Assembly: GCF_006345805.1 (NCBI RefSeq)
Contig: NC_043001.1
Location: forward strand, 51,398,001 to 51,462,000
DNA length: 64,000 nt
From: Octopus sinensis
Lineage: Eukaryota
Direction of reading: 5' to 3'
The position numbers and the translations under genes are program-made. How positions within the stretch are numbered: the first letter of the stretch is position 1; every line of letters begins with the position of its first letter. Below are positions 52,676 through 60,800 of the stretch, piece after piece. The notes beneath the pieces are model-generated. The model worked only from the letters and a program-made list of their open reading frames with translations, made no database searches and was not told where the DNA came from.

Positions 52676-54790
52676 ATTGCTAAGGCAATTAGAAGACAGG
52701 GAAGACAGGGAAAGCCCCGGGCCCATCAGGAATTACTGCAGAGATGCTCAAAATATCTGGCAGTGTCGGCTATAACCTAGTCACCCATATAGTCAACCAG
52801 GTGATACACGAAGGAGTCATACCCAATGACTGGTGTAGCAGCATACTAGTCAACTGCTACAAAGGTAAAGGTGATGCCCTGGATACAAATAATTACAGAG
52901 GTATCAAGCTGTTGGATCAGGTAATGAAGGTTACGGAGAGGGTCATAGCCCAACTAATTAGAGAGAGAGTTAGTTTAGATGAGATGCAGTTTGGGTTTGT
53001 CCAGGGAAAAGCACCACTGATGCTATATTCCTGGTAAGGCAGCTGCAGGAGAAATACCTAGCCAAAGATAAGCCCCTGTACCTGGCTTTCGTTGACATGG
53101 AGAAAGCCTTTGATAGGGTCCCCCGATCCTCATCTGGTGGTCAATGAGGAAACTAGGGATAGATGAATGGCTGGTGAGGGCTGTGCAAGCCATGTACAGA
53201 GATGCCGTAAGTAAGGTTAGAGTTGGCAACATGTACACAGAAGAATTCAAAGTAGAGGTTGGGGTCCACCAGGGTTCAGTACTCAGCCCCCTCCTATTTA
53301 TCATAGTCCTCCAGGCAATTGTGGAGGAATTCAAGACAGGTTGCCCCTGGGAGCTCCTCTATGCTGACAACCTCGCTCTAATCGCTGAGTCACTATCAGA
53401 ACTGGAGGAGAAGTTCCAGGTGTGGAAGGAGGGTTTAGAATCGAGGGGCCTTAGAGTCAACCTAGCTAAAACCAAAGTACTAATAAGTAGAAAGGTAGAA
53501 AATCCACAAATATCCTCAGGAAGATGGCCCTGCTCGATCTGTAGAAAAGGTGTAGGTAGAACTCTATAAGATGTACCCAGTGTAAGCTATGGACACATAA
53601 GAGGTGCAGCAATGTCAAAGGTAGGCTAACTGGGAAGATAGTTTTTGTATGTGGCAGATGCTCTGGAGCATTGACCTCCGAAAATCTGCAGAAAACAACT
53701 TCCGTCACTTTCCGGGGGGAAAAACTAGAAGTAGTTGATAGCTTCCGCTATCTAGGTGACCAAGTCAGTACTGCTACATGGCAGTGAAACATGGGCCGTG
53801 ACTGCTGAGGACATGCGTAAGCTCGTGAGGAATGAAGCCAGTATGCTCCGATGGATGTATAATGTCAGTGTACTTACTCGACAGAGCGTTAGTACCTTGA
53901 GAGAAATGTTGTACCTAAGAACCATCAGTTGTTGTGTGCAAGAGAGACGATTGCGCTGGTATGGTCATGTGGCGAGAATGGATGAAGATAGGTGTGTGAG
54001 AAAGTGCCAATCCCTAGCAGTTGAGGGAACCCGTGGAAGAGGTAGACCCAGGAAAACCTGGGACAAGGTGGTGAAGCACGACCTTCAGACGTTAGGTCTC
54101 ACCATGGAAATGACTAGAGACCGAGACCTATGGAAGTATGCTGTGCGTGAGAAGACCCGGCAAGACTAGTGAAGCCAAAATCCGTGGCCCCTACCTGGGA
54201 TGTAGTCAGTCCACCTGTGCATACCTTCCTTCTTGTGACACTTGTGAAGACCTGTTGAGGCAAGTGAAAATCGAATCAAATCAAATCAAATCGAACCAAA
54301 TCAAAATAGATGAACATCAATGGAATTTGTATCCTTGTGGTACCAGTGCCGGTGGCACATAAGAAAACCATCCGAACGTGACCGTAGCCAGTACCGCAAC
54401 GACTGGCCTCCGTGCTGAGGGCACGTAACAAACACCATCCGAGCGTGGCCGTCCGCCAGCCTCGTCTGGCACCTGTGTCGGTGACACATTAGAAAACACC
54501 ATCCGAGCGTGGCCGTCAGCCAGCCTGTCTGGCACCTGTGTCGGTGGCACATAAAAAACACCATCCGAGCGTGGCCATCTGCCAGCCTCGTCTGGCACCT
54601 GTGTCGGTGGCACATAAAATCACCCACTACACTCTCGGAGTGGTTGGCGTTAGGAAGGGCATCCAGCTGTAGAAACACTGCCAGATCTGACTGGCCTGGT
54701 GCAGCCTTCGGGCTTGCCAGACCCCAGTTGAACCGTCCAACCCATGCTAGCATGGAAGGCGGACGTTAAACAATGATGATGATGATGATG

Positions 54791-54833
<43 letters not shown>

Positions 54834-57800
54834 ATACAGATAAGGAATAATTTTATTCTCAAATGAAGGATAATGCTAATAATATGAGTTTGAGTCTAAT
54901 GGCTGGCTGCGAATAGATTTTTCTGCAAAATATGGATAGCTTATCCTGTTCATGCTATATTATTAGCATTATCCTGCATTTGAGAATAAAACTATTTCCT
55001 TATCTGTATCTTTCAATGCATCTCAACGCTTCTAAAGCAAACTGTGTTTGTTGACTTTCAGCATAAGCTGAATTTTATATATATATATATATATATATAG
55101 CAGGTGGAGAGGAGTACTAGTGTTTTGTATTTGTGTATTCCTCCCCTCCTGCTTAACAACAGGTGTCAGTTTACTTATGTTCGTGTAACTTAGCAGTTTG
55201 ACAAAAGAGATTGACAGATTAAGTGCCAAACTTAGTAAAAAAGTGTACTGGGCTTGATTTGATTGATTGAATTCTTCAAGGTAAGGCTCCAGCATTGCTG
55301 AAAGAAATAAAACATAAAAGTAACTACAAGTATGCATTTCCATTATCTTCAAGTTCATTATATGACTTCAGTTCAGCACAGCAAATGAACATAATATTGG
55401 TTAACTATTGAGAATTACTGCTGTTCACAACATGACATAGTACAACAAAGCCATCTGTTACAAATGAATGAGTATGGCTTGGAAACATGCACTGGACTTT
55501 CGTTAATTGTTTCCAATGAGCATATATCTGAAGACAGATATAAACACTCTTTCAGTCCACTTGTCTGTTACCCAACAGTACATAAACAATGTGATGGTTG
55601 AAGGGAGAGAGGGCTGCACCAGCACACAGCTGGGTAGCCCAAAGTGACGTGAAATGCAGTACCTTGCTCAAGAACACAGTATACTTCCTGGTTCAGTAAT
55701 TGAATCGACAAACTTATGATCATGAACTGAGCACTGCTAGCCACTGGTCCACATATTTTCCCCCAACATAATACATATTTACAAATTAGTGAACTAAGTT
55801 GGCAAGAGTTAAGTACTTTAATCATGAGTTCTCTCTAGTGCTGTGTCTGGATTTTAAGTCACTAAGCTAATTGTCCTCTAATGAATTTTAGAAGCACATT
55901 AGTGTTGAACCTTCAGGTTATCATTCAACACCCTGATGACTTTGCCATTACCAAATGAAATTAGAAACTATCCTTTATCGTTTACTAGTCTCAGTCTTTG
56001 GACACCATTTTGAAGGGCTTTAGTTGAACAAACTGACTCCAGTACATTTTTGGAGTTGTTTAAGGCTGGGTACTTATTCTATTGGTCACTTTTTATTGAA
56101 CTGTAAAGTTATGAGGATGTAGACAAATCAAAACCAGTTTCCAAGTGGAGGTGGGAGACAAGCATTACACATATACAAATGCATACACACATGCACACAT
56201 GTGCTCATGCACATGAGCATGCACACACACACACACACATGATGGGCTTCTTTCAGTTTTTGTGTACCAAAGAGGCTTTGGTCGACCAATGGCTATAATA
56301 GAAGGCACCTGTTCATGGTGTCACACAGTGGAACGGAACTGAGGAACCATGTGGTTGGGAAGCAAACTTCTTACCATACACCCCAAAACTGTACCTATGC
56401 TGAACATAATTTCCTCGTTTAAATTTTTTTTTTTAAATCAGCCAACCCAATTTTTTCTTACCAAACTAATTACAATGAATCACAACAGAAAAGAACTGAC
56501 CTGAAATCTAAAAAGCTGTACAGATGTGTGGTTCCCTCTCTTAAAATACGATACAGTTTGAATGATGGGACTTCGAAGATATTTAAACTTGGAAAATTTT
56601 GTTTTTCTCCAACGGCAAAGAATGTTTTTTTGGGATGCAGCTGAAAGTAACGAAATGAAATAAAACTAATATATGTGAAACACATGGTTTGTTTGTCCAG
56701 GAATTAAAATATAGCATAAATAGCACCCAATGGAATAATATATACATAACAGAACTTATTTACACTTTTGTAATTAAGTTGTAAGAAAAGTTAATCAAAA
56801 CCTATCTTGTTAACTTTATCATGTACTTTTGCCCTTCCTCACATATATATTTGCGTATGTCATGAAGAAATAGATAAATTTGAATCTCCCTCTTCATCCT
56901 CTGTGGCAATGCCTTTTTCCATTTTTTCTGCTGGGGCCATGAGGCAGTCTAACTTACAGGAAATTGTATGTTCCACTCCTTAGATACTTAAATTCATGCA
57001 ATAATTTATTACTAAAAAGGCAGCGAACTGGCAGAAACGTTAGCATGCTGGGCAAAATGCTTAGTGGTATTTAGTCTGTTTTTACATTCTGAGTTCAAAT
57101 TATGCCAAGGTTGACTTTGCCTTTCATCCTTTTGGGGTTGATAAATTAAGTACCAGCTGCATACTGGGGTTGATCTAATCGACTAGCTTCCACCCTAAAA
57201 ATTTCGGACCATGCACCTAGAGTAGAAAAGAATAATTTATTGCTAAAATATTACACTATATGTGGTAACCAGGGCTGTTGTGTAACTTTTAGAAACCCCC
57301 TGCAACTTTTCGTTTCGAGGCCCCATCCCTTCAATCAAAATTCATAATCTATGCACTTTTTATTCATAGCTATATTTTACTTTATTCTATCTGAAGTTCA
57401 ATATTTCATGCAATCCTAAAGAACATCATTAAAGGTACAACAAGTTAAATTTATTTAAGTCTATTACAAATTTTAATAAGTAAATCTTCCAAATATGTAT
57501 AAAAGAGCACTTTTATAATCCAGGCAACTTTCAAAGACAAACATGGCACACTTTTTGGTTCATGAAATCATTGATCAGATCAGAATAATTGAACTGAGAG
57601 CTAAGTTTGTGTTCAATAGATATCATAGACAATCCACAAAGTCTTTCCTATGTCATAGTGGACCACAGATATGATTTAATCCAATGCTTCTCAAACTATC
57701 TGATGTGGTGTACTGGCAGGTTTTTTGTATCAGTATGCCACGGACCGGTAATATTTCTTAGTAATATTAATTTATGCTGGAAACAATATATATAATGAAT

Positions 57801-60800
57801 ATAATAAAAGTTGACAATTTCTTTTATCTTATATTTATTTTGTAAACAAATAATACAATATTACATAAGAATTTTATAATGTTTCTTTCTTTTCTGGAAA
57901 CTCGGCACATATTGGCAGCTGATGGCTCAAAGACTGGCACCAGTCCACAGATCACTGCTTTGAATAGCACTGATTTAATTAACTTTAATTTGGAGAAACT
58001 GCGCTCTCCACTTGCAACACTCACAAGCATTGAAAGGATAATTTGTTGCAAAGTCACTCACACATTAGGGGAAATCTCCACAAGGCTGGATTTCTGAATA
58101 CAATTGCCTACATCACAGATTTTCTTGCACTCAGGTGATAGAAAATGCGAAAGTGAACAAAACCTTTCTGCTTGCTCTGTCTTCTCAATATCTGCTTTGA
58201 CAATGTCATCATCATTATGTACTGTTCATGCAGTGGAAACAATTGCACAGTGTTCCAATAGAATCTGATTTTCCCAGTGTTTCAGTGTAGAAATGTAAAG
58301 GAACGCAAATATGTCATTGTGCTTGCTCAATATGTCAAAGCATTCACCAAGGGAAACAAGAGCAATGTTGATTGCATGAAAAAAGAAATGCACTTTGAAA
58401 TTTTGCAAAGCATCAACAAGAGGTTCATTTTCACTTTCATATCCAAAATGGTGTAATACACGATATCTCCTTTTGCTTGGCATCTCCACCAGTTGTTCAC
58501 ATAATTTGGTTGCAACATTGACTACTGATGACAAAAAAACGTATCGTTTTCTTGATAGCTGCACAGCAAGGTGTGTGCGGATGAGACAAGCTCTTGGGCA
58601 ACATCAATTTGAATGTTTTCATGCTGAAGTAGTTTGCTGATCTCAGTTAGCAGATCGTACCATATCACCTAACAGAAGAAAGCAGAAAGAAGCAATTTCT
58701 GCAGCTAGTGGATTTGCTTCTGAGTAAGCTTAGCAATCTTTGCCTTTTGAAGCATTATGAATGCTTATCAACATATTGCAGATGTCCTTGGCTTTGAACT
58801 GAAGGGATTTTATGCTTCCAATTTTGCTTTCTCAATGAGTGTCTGATAAATATTTTACAGTGATGGAGCAGAGTTCTTTCAAAGTGTTCCATGCAGAAGT
58901 TGATGCTGCAATAAATGAATATACATGCTGGAGGTAACCAAAGAAAGAGACAGCCATCACTGATGAGCTTGCTGCATCACACACAAGGTTTAGACTATGA
59001 TTCATGCAAGGTAAACAGAATGCTCATGGATTCTTCTGTAGAAGTCTTGTTTGGATGCCAGAAAGTTTTCCCTTCATATTACTCCTATTATCTTAACTTT
59101 GGCCTCCATAATTCATCAGATCTGGCCCCACTGATGCGAGTTTCTCCAAGAGCAATTCAAAAAGTTGTGTCAGCAACTTTCAAAAGCCCAACAAAGTACT
59201 CATTGATTTCGACTTTGTTTTTCTGAAGTTCGATGAAATGGATGCTCATGGTCATTTGCTCCTGATGGTTGATATTTGGTGTGCAATCAAGTATAATGCT
59301 GTAGTATTTAGCAGCCTTCACCTGATTGGTGATTTCTTTCAAAATGTGGTCAGAAATTAGTGATATCAATTCATTTTGACTCTCAGATCCCAAATAATGA
59401 GCCACTGTTTCCGCATTCTGAATAAGTCACAAGTGTTCTGCCAAAATGGTATCAAACTTTGCAAACAATTGCACTTTGCCTAAAAGATTTCCATTACCAT
59501 GGATGTAGAGCCTATCGGAAACCCAGGAAGGGCCATATTCCTCTCTACTAAAAACAAAATAATTGTCAAGATACATTCTGACACTGCACAGAAATGAGCT
59601 CTCTCCTTTTCCTCTAAAGCAATCATTTGCTTGTCAAGAGTTGAGGCTGTTTTAAGGTGAAATTCAAGCTCCTTCCATTTCATCATGTGCTGCCTGTGGC
59701 CCGTTGATTTCTCATGTTCTTCTAAGGTCTTGCTCAAATATTGCCAACAGCTGAATTCTTCAGACATAAGTCTCATTTTACTGTGACCAAGCTGCTTGCA
59801 ACAGAAACAATACAGCGCATCATGCTGAATTGAAAAATACAAGCCACGTTTGAACTATCGTTTCACCATTTGGCAGCATCTTAGAACAGAAGTTGAGATT
59901 GAATCTGTGGTTTTATTTTGATTTAGGAAATTTGTATTTTTTTCATTTGAACAACTCCAGGTTTCACAATGTCAGTACGCATACCATCAAATATAGTTTC
60001 TGGCCATGATGCAGGGTCAGTAGTGGTAGTGACTGTTTCCTGTTGCACAACCATATTTTCAGTAATAGGTAAAGGTTGTTGACAACATGCACCATATAAG
60101 GCCTTCACATTTCCCTCCACTGATGAAAATGTAGTAACCTGCTGTGAATTTTCATTGCATCCACACATTTGTTGTTGCTTAGCATTTCTGTCCCTATCTG
60201 TTTGCCTGTCTTCTCTAGGCAGTGGTACATAGCTATCCATTAATAGTAATGTCACTGATGTATATGGTAGCATAAATTGATCCATAATCCCAGCCATACA
60301 CCTGTTGTTTGCCAGTTTCACTCATTTTTTGTGCTTTTCTGCACCAGATTCATGCTTTTGGAATGATATCACTTGAGATCTGAAATACAAGGTGCTCTAT
60401 TGCATAAGATTAATGCAAGATTTACAAATGTTACATATACACGTATAAAGTATAAATATGTATCTTGGCCTACATGTATTTGGTTATGACAAACAGACAC
60501 AGCTGATACAGATACAGAGATATGATACAAGTGTAATGTGTGGATGTGAGTATAGCTACAGAACATGTTATGAAATACAAATTAAAAAAATGCAATACAT
60601 GTATTAAACTCATTTCTGCTCATTGTTCCATTTAGTGGGAAGATTCATTTATGGAGCTTTTTTTTCAAATATCATTTCAAATGATTTTCCAGAGAGTTGC
60701 TGCAGATGCTTATATTCCACTACCAAAGAATCCTGTCACCCTATTTCAGTGATTTTAATAAAAATTTTAAAAACTAGATTTGGTTAAAAAGAGACGATGA

